DNA of 64,000 nucleotides from Bacilli bacterium. GTDB lineage: Bacteria > Bacillota_I > Bacilli_A > RFN20 > DUOF01. The stretch spans positions 28,199 through 92,198 of the forward strand of contig JBGVCT010000016.1 of NCBI GenBank assembly GCA_045118975.1, in the 5' to 3' direction. Positions 29,655 through 38,540 of the stretch are shown here, piece by piece. The position numbers were made by a program, and so were the translations under genes. Numbering within the stretch: the stretch's first letter is position 1; each line of letters opens with the position of its first letter. The notes beneath the pieces are model-generated. The model was not told the DNA's origin, did no database searches, and worked only from the letters and a program-made list of their open reading frames with translations.

Positions 29655-32227
29655 TGTTAGAGAAAGTTCATTTCAAATCATTATACAATTCTAAACAAGA
29701 TGATGTTATAAATGATTTTTATATTCCCGCATTATCTCAATCTAATGGTTATGACAGAATAAGCGCGTATTTTGATTCTAAAATTTTAAGAATGTATGCG
29801 GCGGGTCTAGAAAATATAAAAGATGGCGGGCGTGTTAGATTTATTTTTTCATGTGACCTTGATGAAGAAGATTATAACTTAATGAAGCAAGGATATGATT
29901 TAAGAGAAAAAATAAATTCAAAGTTACTTAATTCTATTTCAGATGAAGATGTTAATATTGATGTTTCAAATTTGGCGTATCTTATAGCTATTGGCGTAGT
30001 AGATATTAAGATTGCTTTTACTACTAAAGGAATTTTTCATGATAAATATGGGGTCTTTTCTGATTCTGAAGGAAACAAAGTATATTTTAGGGGATCGAAT
30101 AACGAAACTCTAGCTTCAATTATGTATAATTATGAAAGTTTTGAGACGTCTTGCTCATGGAATTGTGATGCGCGTGAAGAATTGAAAATTGACAATGCTG
30201 TTAGAACCTTTGAAGCTATATGGAATGATGAATTTCCAGAACTATATGTAATTCCGCTACCTGAATGTGTGAAAGAAAAACTTATAGGATATTCTTCTAA
30301 AGAAATATCTTCAATATATTATAAAAAAGAAAATTGTGCAATTTTTGATGTTGATGAACAATATCATTATACGTTGAATAATTTTTTAGATAACAAGTCG
30401 TTACTGGATACTCAAAGTAGTTTGTATAAGTATATTATACATCCTTATGTTGATTCTTACATTTCATATTCTGATACATATGTATTGAAGAATATTGGTT
30501 ATATGCAATTGAATAAACTGATTGTAGAAGTTAAAAAATATGCTTCACAATTAGGTTTTGATGTATACGTTGCTCCAAGACTAAGAAGGTTAATGTATGA
30601 AAGAGATATTTATATTGATAAGCGAAAAGACTTGGGAATTGCTATTAAACATAGAGACCCAAATTTAAATGAAGATTTCGAAAAATTTAAAAATATTATT
30701 AGTCAAGAGATGGTTAGAGAACTTCGTGAACCACAACAATGGGATGCTTATCATATAGCTAAAATGGTAAAATCTGCAAACTTTTCTGTTCCGGGAGCTG
30801 GTAAAACAACAATTGTATATGGTGCCTATGCCTATTTGGCAGCTATCAATAAAATTGATAAAATAGTTATGATTGGGCCTAAAAACTCATTTAGAGCATG
30901 GAAACAAGAATTTGTAGCAAACTTTGGTAATAAAAAAGAATTAAATGTATTAGATATACAAGCTAATAATGAACTTGACAAGAAATCTATGCTTAAGTAT
31001 CAATCAGATGATAAAAATTTAATTTTAGTTAATTATGAAAGCGTGCAAGGTGTGCTAGAAGAATTAACTTCGGCAATAAACGATAAAACATTGTTGGTAT
31101 TTGATGAAATTCATCGAATTAAATCTGTTAAGGGAAAAAGAGCAGAAGCTTGCCTTCGTTTAGCTAATAAAGCTAATTATAAAGTTGCTTTAACGGGAAC
31201 TCCATTACCAAATGGGTATGATGATATATATAACATGCTAAATATATTATTTTGCGATGAGTATAGTACATTTTTCGGATTTAAAGTTAACTATTTAAGA
31301 GAAGCTAGGTCTATATCTGCTTCACAAGATGCAATAAACAAGAAAATATTTCCGTTTTTTTGTAGAACTACGAAGAATGATTTACAAGTTCCGCCACCAT
31401 GCCAAGATGATACAGTTACTGGATATCTAGAAATGAATGATATTGAAGAAGAAATATTTTCTATAATTTATCGAGAATATTCATATAACACATTGATTTT
31501 ATATGTTCGTTTAACGCAGGCATCTTCTAATCCTGCATTATTGCTTAAATCAGTAGATAAAAATGATTTAGCTGATTTTGATGGGGATTGCGATGAAGAT
31601 GATTATGGTTTGTGGGATGAAATAGAGAAAGAAGATCATAAATTATCGAAAAAGGATTATGATTTTATCTTTAATAATATGACAACAAGAAAAATAGATA
31701 GATGTTGTGAGATAATTGAAGATAGGGTTCGCAATGGTGAAACTGTAGTAGCTTGGGGAATTTATATTGATAGTTTGAATTTGGTTTATGATAAATTGAC
31801 TTCAAAGGGAGTGAAAGCTGTAATAATAAGCGGAGCAACTCCTCAAGAAGTTCGCGATGAATATATTAATATGTTTTGTAATAAGGAAATAGATGTTTTG
31901 ATAACTAATCCACATACTTTAGCTGAGTCTGTTTCTTTGCATAAAACATGCCACTTTGCTATATATTTTGAGTATGATTTTAATTTAACTCATATGGTGC
32001 AATCTAGAGATAGAATTCACAGATTGGGGTTACCTGAAGGTCAAAAAACAGAATATTGTTATATGACGCTAAACTCAAAAACTAGTGAATATAATACTAT
32101 TGATGTAAAGATTTATGAAAGACTAAAAGAAAAAGAAAGAATAATGTTAGAGGCAGTTGAAAACAACGACATTGCTGTCGTTGAAGATGATTATATGGAT
32201 AATATTAATTTTATTTTACGTCGTTAA
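29654..32227 (+). CDS. PLD-like (HKD) nuclease domain fused to SNF2-family helicase (candidate defence component C)
   Basis: N-terminal HDKYGVFSD...GSNNET (HKD-like). SNF2 motifs PGAGKTT (I), LVFDEIHR (II), ALTGTPLPNGYDD (III), QSRDRIHRLG (VI). Start overlaps the upstream stop (TAATG). Confidence 0.75.
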   Translation: MLEKVHFKSLYNSKQDDVINDFYIPALSQSNGYDRISAYFDSKILRMYAAGLENIKDGGRVRFIFSCDLDEEDYNLMKQGYDLREKINSKLLNSISDEDVNIDVSNLAYLIAIGVVDIKIAFTTKGIFHDKYGVFSDSEGNKVYFRGSNNETLASIMYNYESFETSCSWNCDAREELKIDNAVRTFEAIWNDEFPELYVIPLPECVKEKLIGYSSKEISSIYYKKENCAIFDVDEQYHYTLNNFLDNKSLLDTQSSLYKYIIHPYVDSYISYSDTYVLKNIGYMQLNKLIVEVKKYASQLGFDVYVAPRLRRLMYERDIYIDKRKDLGIAIKHRDPNLNEDFEKFKNIISQEMVRELREPQQWDAYHIAKMVKSANFSVPGAGKTTIVYGAYAYLAAINKIDKIVMIGPKNSFRAWKQEFVANFGNKKELNVLDIQANNELDKKSMLKYQSDDKNLILVNYESVQGVLEELTSAINDKTLLVFDEIHRIKSVKGKRAEACLRLANKANYKVALTGTPLPNGYDDIYNMLNILFCDEYSTFFGFKVNYLREARSISASQDAINKKIFPFFCRTTKNDLQVPPPCQDDTVTGYLEMNDIEEEIFSIIYREYSYNTLILYVRLTQASSNPALLLKSVDKNDLADFDGDCDEDDYGLWDEIEKEDHKLSKKDYDFIFNNMTTRKIDRCCEIIEDRVRNGETVVAWGIYIDSLNLVYDKLTSKGVKAVIISGATPQEVRDEYINMFCNKEIDVLITNPHTLAESVSLHKTCHFAIYFEYDFNLTHMVQSRDRIHRLGLPEGQKTEYCYMTLNSKTSEYNTIDVKIYERLKEKERIMLEAVENNDIAVVEDDYMDNINFILRR

Positions 32228-33608
32228 TAATGGACAAAATAAATGATCTATCCAACCAGAAACAGTGTTTAGTATAATATGCTAAACCTGTTTTTTTATC
32301 TGGAACTGGTAAAATGTATCCACCACCACTTTTGTCTATACCAGTAGAGTCATGTGGTCTAACGTGACAAATGTGATTAAATGTACTTCCTGGGAAGTTA
32401 GTAAAATATTTTCCTGCTGAATATGAATTTACTATATCACCAGATTTGATAATTTTTTGAGTGTATTCCCATGTTTCTTTTACTTCTTTATCAAGTATTT
32501 CTAAAGGCATGTTCCAAAATTTAATTTTATCTAGATAGTAAACGCCATTTTTCTTCTTGAAAACAACAAACATATATTTAGTTGTATCAAATTTTTCTCT
32601 TAATTCAGAGGATTCCCACGTTTGCTCTGCAATATCTATATATTTAAATGTAGGAAAAGACATATGCTCTTTAATTTTGCCATTTTCTTCAATTCTAATT
32701 GTTTTTAATTCTAGATTTGCTTTTCTAAATTCATCGGTATTATTGATGTGACCGTTGAAACCTAACATTGCGCCAGTTAATACATTAAATCTGCTTTTTA
32801 GGGCAGGATTATTAGGTATGCCAAATTTTTCAAATAACTCGACTTCAGACATACCATAGTAAGGTTTTAATTTTTGATCCATAATTGCTTCAAATGTTGA
32901 ATTTTTAAGTTCTTCAAAAGAAACTATAGATTTACATTTTTCTCCAATAAGATTTTTATTTATTATTGTATTGATATATGAAGGCTTTAAGCAGTATGCT
33001 CTTTGTTTGGCTAATTTATCTGAAGCAGGTTGTTTTCTATAACTGCTTGCAGCATCTTTTCCTTTGGTGCAAGCGCCTAAATACATTGTGTCTGCTTCTG
33101 ACAAAGTATCAGCTAGTCCGTTATTAATTTTATCTACTATTAATTGCCAATCGTATTTTATTATTTCTAAATCTTCTTGAGAAAATGAATGAAGAATTGA
33201 ATCGATAAGATAAAAGTCGAAATCCTCTTTTTCTTCGTATAAATAAAACATTAATAATAGAGACATGTTTTTCTTCCAAAAAGTGCTATCTTCAAATGGG
33301 ATATTATATTCCAACATATAGTCAATGATATTAAGAACAAGTCTTTCTTTAGCTACATACTCATTATTTTTTAGTTTTTTTAGACCAGTTACTTTTAATT
33401 CTACGCCTAAATCAGCAAAATCAGCTTCAGGGCGAGAATTAGGAGGATAGTGAAAGACTCCTTCTTCAATAATTTGACCAATAACACCTTTATTGTTTTT
33501 TGCTAATGAGCGGTTATTAATATTGTATTCTGATATTCTATGACCACTTGTTTGCTTAGCAATTTCAAGTAGTTCGTTTGCTGAACTATATTTTGGTATT
33601 GTATTCAT
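32211..33608 (-). CDS. Sau3AI-like type II restriction endonuclease (tandem MutH/Sau3AI-fold domains, probable GATC specificity)
   Basis: Long collinear similarity to Sau3AI: GVELK..KKLKN..KERLVLNII, DYEIIKYDWQLI, LGACTKG, KQPASDKLAKQRAY and C-terminal ICHVRPH. Confidence 0.8.
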   Translation of the reverse strand: MNTIPKYSSANELLEIAKQTSGHRISEYNINNRSLAKNNKGVIGQIIEEGVFHYPPNSRPEADFADLGVELKVTGLKKLKNNEYVAKERLVLNIIDYMLEYNIPFEDSTFWKKNMSLLLMFYLYEEKEDFDFYLIDSILHSFSQEDLEIIKYDWQLIVDKINNGLADTLSEADTMYLGACTKGKDAASSYRKQPASDKLAKQRAYCLKPSYINTIINKNLIGEKCKSIVSFEELKNSTFEAIMDQKLKPYYGMSEVELFEKFGIPNNPALKSRFNVLTGAMLGFNGHINNTDEFRKANLELKTIRIEENGKIKEHMSFPTFKYIDIAEQTWESSELREKFDTTKYMFVVFKKKNGVYYLDKIKFWNMPLEILDKEVKETWEYTQKIIKSGDIVNSYSAGKYFTNFPGSTFNHICHVRPHDSTGIDKSGGGYILPVPDKKTGLAYYTKHCFWLDRSFILSIINDVK

Positions 33609-33746
33609 GTTATATCGCCTTCTTTATAGAAAAATTATAGCAAATAAAAATAAAGGGCACATTTATTTTAGAGATATTTCAAAAAAAACTTGATCAAGAC
33701 AGAAGTTTGTGATATGATTATAGTGTTTTGAAAGAGGTGAATCCGA

Positions 33747-34991
33747 GTGAATAAAAGTGTAGTTGAATTATTTGCTGGTGTAGGTGGTTTTAGAGTAGGA
33801 CTTAATAAAATCAAAAATATAGATAACAATGGTAAAGCAGTAGAAAATGGTGATTGGGATTTTGTGTGGGCTAATCAATGGGAACCTGCAACAAGAACTC
33901 AAGATGCTTTTGATTGTTATATAAAAAGATTTGGTAAAGATAGTTGTTCTAATGAAGATATAACTACTGTTATTAAAGAAAACATTCCTGACCATACATT
34001 ATTAACTGGTGGATTCCCTTGCCAAGATTACTCTGTTGCTAGAACAAAATCTGGCGAAAAAGGAATTGAAGGTAAAAAAGGTGTTTTATGGTGGCAAATC
34101 AATGACATCTTATTAGCTAAAAAGCCTCCATTTGTTTTATTAGAAAATGTAGATAGACTAATAAAAGCTCCTGCTAGACAAAGAGGTAGAGATTTTGGAA
34201 TTATTTTAAGATGTTTAAATGATGCTGGTTACTGTGTTGAATGGAGAGTAATTAATGCTGCAGAATATGGACATCCTCAAAAGAGAAGAAGAACATATAT
34301 ATTTGCATATAACAAAAATACAAACTATTACACTCAACAATGTAATGTGACTCCAGAAGAAATCTTATTAAATAAAGGTATGTTTGCTAAATCATTTCCT
34401 GTATCTAAGTTAGCTACTAAAGTTAGCCAAACAGATTTAAGTTCTAATTCATATAATGATTTAGTAGATATGACAGCAGAATTTAAATTCAACTTTGAAA
34501 ATAGTGGATACTTATGTGATGGTATTGTATATACAGCTAAAACTCAACCTGTATTGGAAGATCCAATCACATTATTCCAAATTAGAGAACAAGACAGCGT
34601 TGATGCAAAATATCAATTAACGAAGAATATAGATAAGTTCATATATTTAAAAGGAAGTAAAAAAATACCTAGAGTATCTAAAACTGGTATGGAATATAAT
34701 TATTCTGAAGGCAAAATGTCTTTCCCAGATAGATTAGATATGCCAGGTAGAACAATGCTTACAAGTGAAGGAACAGTAAATAGAAGTTCTCATGTAATAA
34801 GCGACTTACAAACTGGTATGTTAAGAATTATTACTCCAAAAGAAGCAGAAAGACTTAACCAATTCCCAGATAACTGGACTAATTCAGGAATGACAGATTC
34901 AAAGAGATACTTCATGATGGGAAATGCATTAGTTTGTGGCGTAATTGAAAAAATTGGTAATCAATTAAATGAAATTATAGACTGCGAATAA
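33747..34991 (+). CDS. DNA (cytosine-5)-methyltransferase, cognate of the Sau3AI-like endonuclease
   Basis: Motif I ELFAGVGGF, motif IV GGFPCQDYS, motif VI LLENV, motif VIII QKRRR. Confidence 0.9.
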   Translation: MNKSVVELFAGVGGFRVGLNKIKNIDNNGKAVENGDWDFVWANQWEPATRTQDAFDCYIKRFGKDSCSNEDITTVIKENIPDHTLLTGGFPCQDYSVARTKSGEKGIEGKKGVLWWQINDILLAKKPPFVLLENVDRLIKAPARQRGRDFGIILRCLNDAGYCVEWRVINAAEYGHPQKRRRTYIFAYNKNTNYYTQQCNVTPEEILLNKGMFAKSFPVSKLATKVSQTDLSSNSYNDLVDMTAEFKFNFENSGYLCDGIVYTAKTQPVLEDPITLFQIREQDSVDAKYQLTKNIDKFIYLKGSKKIPRVSKTGMEYNYSEGKMSFPDRLDMPGRTMLTSEGTVNRSSHVISDLQTGMLRIITPKEAERLNQFPDNWTNSGMTDSKRYFMMGNALVCGVIEKIGNQLNEIIDCE

Positions 34992-35015
34992 TTATATAAT
35001 TTTTATGGATGTTTT

Positions 35016-35047
35016 GTGAGAACATTTTGAGAACACTTTTTGGAAAA
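35016..35047 (+). repeat. GAGAACAYTTT direct repeats just inside attR (match the 21911-21975 cluster)
   Basis: GTGAGAACATTTTGAGAACACTTTTTGG. Confidence 0.45.
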
Positions 35048-35149
35048 TTGATTCTAAGCAATACTAAATTGGTGCGAAAAATAGTGAAAAATGACTAAAA
35101 ATATGGTGTTTTTACTATAAAAACCGAGTGTTTGCATACAATCATATGC

Positions 35150-35166
35150 CTCCCTAGCCCCACCAA
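35150..35166 (+). repeat. attR core: second copy of CTCCCTAGCCCCACCAA
   Basis: Exact 17-mer match to the tRNA-Leu 3' end at 21845-21861, not part of a complete tRNA here. Confidence 0.8.
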
Positions 35167-35178
35167 GTGTGTCGTATG

Positions 35179-35208
35179 CGAACACCTTATCCAGGTGTTC
35201 GTTTTTTA
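35179..35208 (+). terminator. rho-independent terminator (probable original tRNA-cluster terminator displaced by island insertion)
   Basis: CGAACACC-TTATCCAG-GTGTTCG hairpin followed by T6, 12 nt after attR. Confidence 0.6.
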
Positions 35209-35237
35209 ATACAAAATCTTCATCAACTCCATTACAA

Positions 35238-35265
35238 AGAATACATGAACAGTATTCTTTTTTTG
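35238..35265 (+). terminator. second hairpin-T-run terminator
   Basis: AGAATAC-ATGAAC-AGTATTCT hairpin followed by T6. Confidence 0.5.
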
Positions 35266-35311
35266 TTTTATTAATATTCTGTTATAATAATATAAATTGG
35301 TGGTGAATTAG

Positions 35312-36772
35312 GTGAAAAAAGTAAATTTATTTGATATTTCTAAACTGCATGATAACAAAGCTATCAGTGAGATATATGTAAGATATTTGGCTGACTTTCC
35401 AGATGAAAAACAATATAGACACGAAGAAATTAAATATATAAATGAATTATTGAAAATACTTAATATAGAAACTGAAGAAGTAGAAGATTTTTATTATGGT
35501 TATGAAGTTCCACAATTAAATAAGGAGTTTGATTTACTTAAGGTTACAAAAGAGTCTGTATTAAACATAGAACTAAAAGGAACCGTGGATGATGAGTTGA
35601 AAATACTAGAACAGTTGAAGAAAAACTTGCACTATTTAAAACTTCTAAATAGAAAATGCTATCAGTTCACCTATTTATCTAAAGAACAAAAATTGTTCAA
35701 ATTGAATAAAAACAAACTAGAGGTCATAGATTTTGATGAATTGTATGAAGTAATTAAATCAATATCTCAAGAGGACATTGACGAAGTTTACTTAGATGAA
35801 TATTATAAACCAAATGTTATTTTGGTTTCTCCACTTAATAATCCTAAAAGATTTATAAGTAATTCATACTTACTAACTGAAAATCAGGAAAATATAAAAA
35901 AAGAAATAATTAATGATTTAGAAATTAATAACAAGAAATATTACGCTATTCATGGGAATGCAGGAACTGGAAAAACATTACTACTATATGATATTGGGAA
36001 AACACTTTCTGAAAATAAAAATATTCTTCTTATCCATTCTGGTATTATTTGTAAAGGACATAGCTTTTTGAATAAAAATATGGAAAAATTTAAGATAATT
36101 TCAGCAAAAGATTTAAAGTACAAAGATTTAAGAAATGTTGATGTTTTGCTTGTTGACGAAGCTCACAGATTGTATAGAGAAGATTTAGAAAAAATAATAA
36201 AATGGGTAAATAAGAAAGTTTACTCTTGTATTTTTTCTTTTGATGGAAAGCAAGTCTTATCTTATAGTGAAGAACGAAGGCAAACAACAGAAAATATAAA
36301 ATTCATATGCAAAGGAAGATTACACAAATTAACAAATAAAATTAGAACAAATAAAGAAATTTCCTTATTTGTACAATGTTTATTTGATTTGAGTAAGTAT
36401 AGGGATGAATACAAATTTGCTAACGTTAAAATTGTTTATGAGCCAGACAAACTTAAAGCGGTTGAAAGGGCAAAGAATGCTTTGGGTTACACATATATAT
36501 CATATACAGGTTCTTTTTATAATCATGATATAGACTACCAATTTTCTCAACATAATACTCACAATGTCATTGGTCAAGAATTCGATAGGGTATGTATGAT
36601 CATGGGAAATGAATTTTATTATAAAAACAATAAATTAAAAGGATATACTCATCCCACTCCGGACTATATTTATACTCAATTGTTATATCAAGGATTAACG
36701 AGAGCTCAAACTGGTGTGCTTTTAATAATAACTGATATTGAGCTTTTGAAAAGCATATTAAACCTGATTTAG
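35312..36772 (+). CDS. NERD/PD-(D/E)xK-like N-terminal domain fused to an SF1 (DUF2075-like) P-loop ATPase/helicase. Nhi-like candidate defence nuclease-helicase.
   Basis: N-terminal FDLLKV...VLNIELKG (D...E-x-K). Walker A HGNAGTGKT, Walker B LLVDEAHRL, motif VI-like GLTRAQTGVLLI. GTG start with GGTGGTGA RBS and a TATAAT at 35287. Confidence 0.55.
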   Translation: MKKVNLFDISKLHDNKAISEIYVRYLADFPDEKQYRHEEIKYINELLKILNIETEEVEDFYYGYEVPQLNKEFDLLKVTKESVLNIELKGTVDDELKILEQLKKNLHYLKLLNRKCYQFTYLSKEQKLFKLNKNKLEVIDFDELYEVIKSISQEDIDEVYLDEYYKPNVILVSPLNNPKRFISNSYLLTENQENIKKEIINDLEINNKKYYAIHGNAGTGKTLLLYDIGKTLSENKNILLIHSGIICKGHSFLNKNMEKFKIISAKDLKYKDLRNVDVLLVDEAHRLYREDLEKIIKWVNKKVYSCIFSFDGKQVLSYSEERRQTTENIKFICKGRLHKLTNKIRTNKEISLFVQCLFDLSKYRDEYKFANVKIVYEPDKLKAVERAKNALGYTYISYTGSFYNHDIDYQFSQHNTHNVIGQEFDRVCMIMGNEFYYKNNKLKGYTHPTPDYIYTQLLYQGLTRAQTGVLLIITDIELLKSILNLI

Positions 36773-36821
36773 AAAGAAAAAGTTGAATTTTATTAGATTT
36801 GTAATGAATGGAGGAAAATAA

Positions 36822-38066
36822 ATGAAGGTATCCAGCGCAATAAGTGAAGTATTAAACGTATTGAAAATCCCTAATGAAGAAAGAAGACTACTTCATGATA
36901 TTTATATAATTAAATATAGTGATAATATTAAATCGGAAAAAGATTATGATAAATTAAGAAATAATCCAGAATATCATCTTGTTGGTAGAGAAAAAATACG
37001 AAAGTATAACTCGGCATTTGAGCACTTATATAATTCTTTAGGTCTTGAGGTGGCAGGACTATCATCAAATGAATTTAGAAAGAAAATTGAGCAATTACTA
37101 TTTTTTGACAATTTTACTGAGGAAAAAATTAGAGAAAAATTGAAAAGTATACCTCTGCAACACTATCATTGTGTAGATAAAATATATGGGATAAACATAG
37201 AAAATGATATGCTAGTATTAGGAAAATACACATTATTAAATCCTATTTATATATCTCATTACTTAAAAGAAAAAATAGAAGCAAAAAACCATCACTATAT
37301 AGATGATTTTATAGATACAGAAGAAAATGCAGATAAATTCATATACGTTATTTGTGATTATTCAGGTAAAGGCGTTGATTTACCAAGGGAAAAATTTGAT
37401 ATGGATTTAGCGACCTTTATAAATATTCTTAGATATATGATTCGAATAAAAAATTCAAGACTTAACATAGATTTAAGTGCATATAATCCAAGGCAGCTAA
37501 ATAAATTTCAATTTTCTGATGAGGGTAGTATCTATAGTAGTTTTAAGATAGATAGAAAAGATGTGACAATTACATTGTATGAAGACTATATTACAGATAT
37601 TGATTTGGGTTTTAATAAAATTTGGGAAATAACTAATAAAGATAACAAAAATGATTTTGAAAATAGAATTATGCTTGCTATAGATTGGGTTGGACAGTCT
37701 CTTCAAGAAAATAATGATGATATGTCAATATGTAAACTTGCTTTTGCATTTGAGTCATTATTTCATGTGCAAAAAGATAATATGATAAGCCCAAGTATTC
37801 AATATAGTATTGCAGAGAGTGTCGCTTTCCTAATTGGAAAAACGCCTGAAGAAAGGATAAATATAAAAAAAAGATTTAAGGAATTTTATTCTCATAGATC
37901 TTCAATTGTTCATGGTGGAAGTTCTAAAAAGAAGAGTGATTATGACTATTTCTTGTCATTATTAATAGGGTCCATTTCGTATTTATTGACTGATGAAAAT
38001 TTTGCGAATTGTAAAAACGGAGAAGATATATCCAATATTCTTGATATGAACTTTAAGTTTAAATAA
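36822..38066 (+). CDS. hypothetical protein with C-terminal HEPN-like helical domain (Rx4HGG motif)
   Basis: C-terminal helices ending in FYSHRSSIVHGGSS (R-x4-H, the HEPN RNase signature). Co-directional, 50 nt after the upstream gene. Confidence 0.4.
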   Translation: MKVSSAISEVLNVLKIPNEERRLLHDIYIIKYSDNIKSEKDYDKLRNNPEYHLVGREKIRKYNSAFEHLYNSLGLEVAGLSSNEFRKKIEQLLFFDNFTEEKIREKLKSIPLQHYHCVDKIYGINIENDMLVLGKYTLLNPIYISHYLKEKIEAKNHHYIDDFIDTEENADKFIYVICDYSGKGVDLPREKFDMDLATFINILRYMIRIKNSRLNIDLSAYNPRQLNKFQFSDEGSIYSSFKIDRKDVTITLYEDYITDIDLGFNKIWEITNKDNKNDFENRIMLAIDWVGQSLQENNDDMSICKLAFAFESLFHVQKDNMISPSIQYSIAESVAFLIGKTPEERINIKKRFKEFYSHRSSIVHGGSSKKKSDYDYFLSLLIGSISYLLTDENFANCKNGEDISNILDMNFKFK

Positions 38067-38374
38067 AAATTGAGAGCTTTATTTAGCTAAATAAAGTTTA
38101 AAATAGAAATAATAACCTTTTAAATATAACAGTTCGTTTTCTATATTTTGAGTTCCACCATATCTAAATAATTACTCTGATACAATCGTGTATTGGAGTT
38201 TTTTTATACCAATTCATAGTAAAATAGGAAAGGTTTGGATGTTTCAAGTGTATTTGTCCTTAAGTAATGTTTAAATGATGCAGTTGTAAGGACTCTAATA
38301 TAGCGAGGTTTAGTTTAAGTATCATTATCTGTATTATGTAGGCGCGTAATGGATCAAGATCAAAAAAACAAGCA

Positions 38375-38402
38375 AAAAAGGCATCCGAAGATGCCTTTTT
38401 TG
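38375..38402. terminator. bidirectional rho-independent terminator
   Basis: GGCATCCGAAGATGCC hairpin flanked by an A-run upstream and a T-run downstream. Confidence 0.65.
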
Positions 38403-38540
38403 AAAACCTCCACAGTCTATTACACGAGCAATAGATAGCTTTGAATACACACATATATTACTTAATTTTACACTATTTGTCAAATATAAGTTATAATAAT
38501 GTGTACAATATATAGTATGAACTGTTGTTGTAAATTTATA

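Larger units (their letters stand above)
21862..35166. mobile_element. integrative genomic island (about 13.3 kb) inserted at tRNA-Leu, carrying integrase, repressor, replication-associated gene, a Sau3AI-like R-M system and a three-gene candidate defence operon
   Basis: Tyrosine integrase next to the tRNA. 17-bp direct duplication of the tRNA 3' end at the distal boundary. Chromosomal terminator hairpin displaced to just after attR. Confidence 0.8.

Noticed and set aside
25658-32227. Assigning the three-gene operon to DISARM, Dpd (7-deazaguanine) or Dnd/Ssp systems
   Set aside because: No DUF1998 (DrmB) or DrmA-type helicase, no TGT-like DpdA or queuosine-precursor genes, and no DndACDE/SspABCD cysteine desulfurase or PAPS reductase-like genes are present in or near the island. 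Only the generic PLD, SNF2 and ParB-like modules are shared.
33768-33995. 75-aa minus-strand ORF at the methyltransferase N-terminus
   Set aside because: Antisense to a motif-rich C5-methyltransferase gene.
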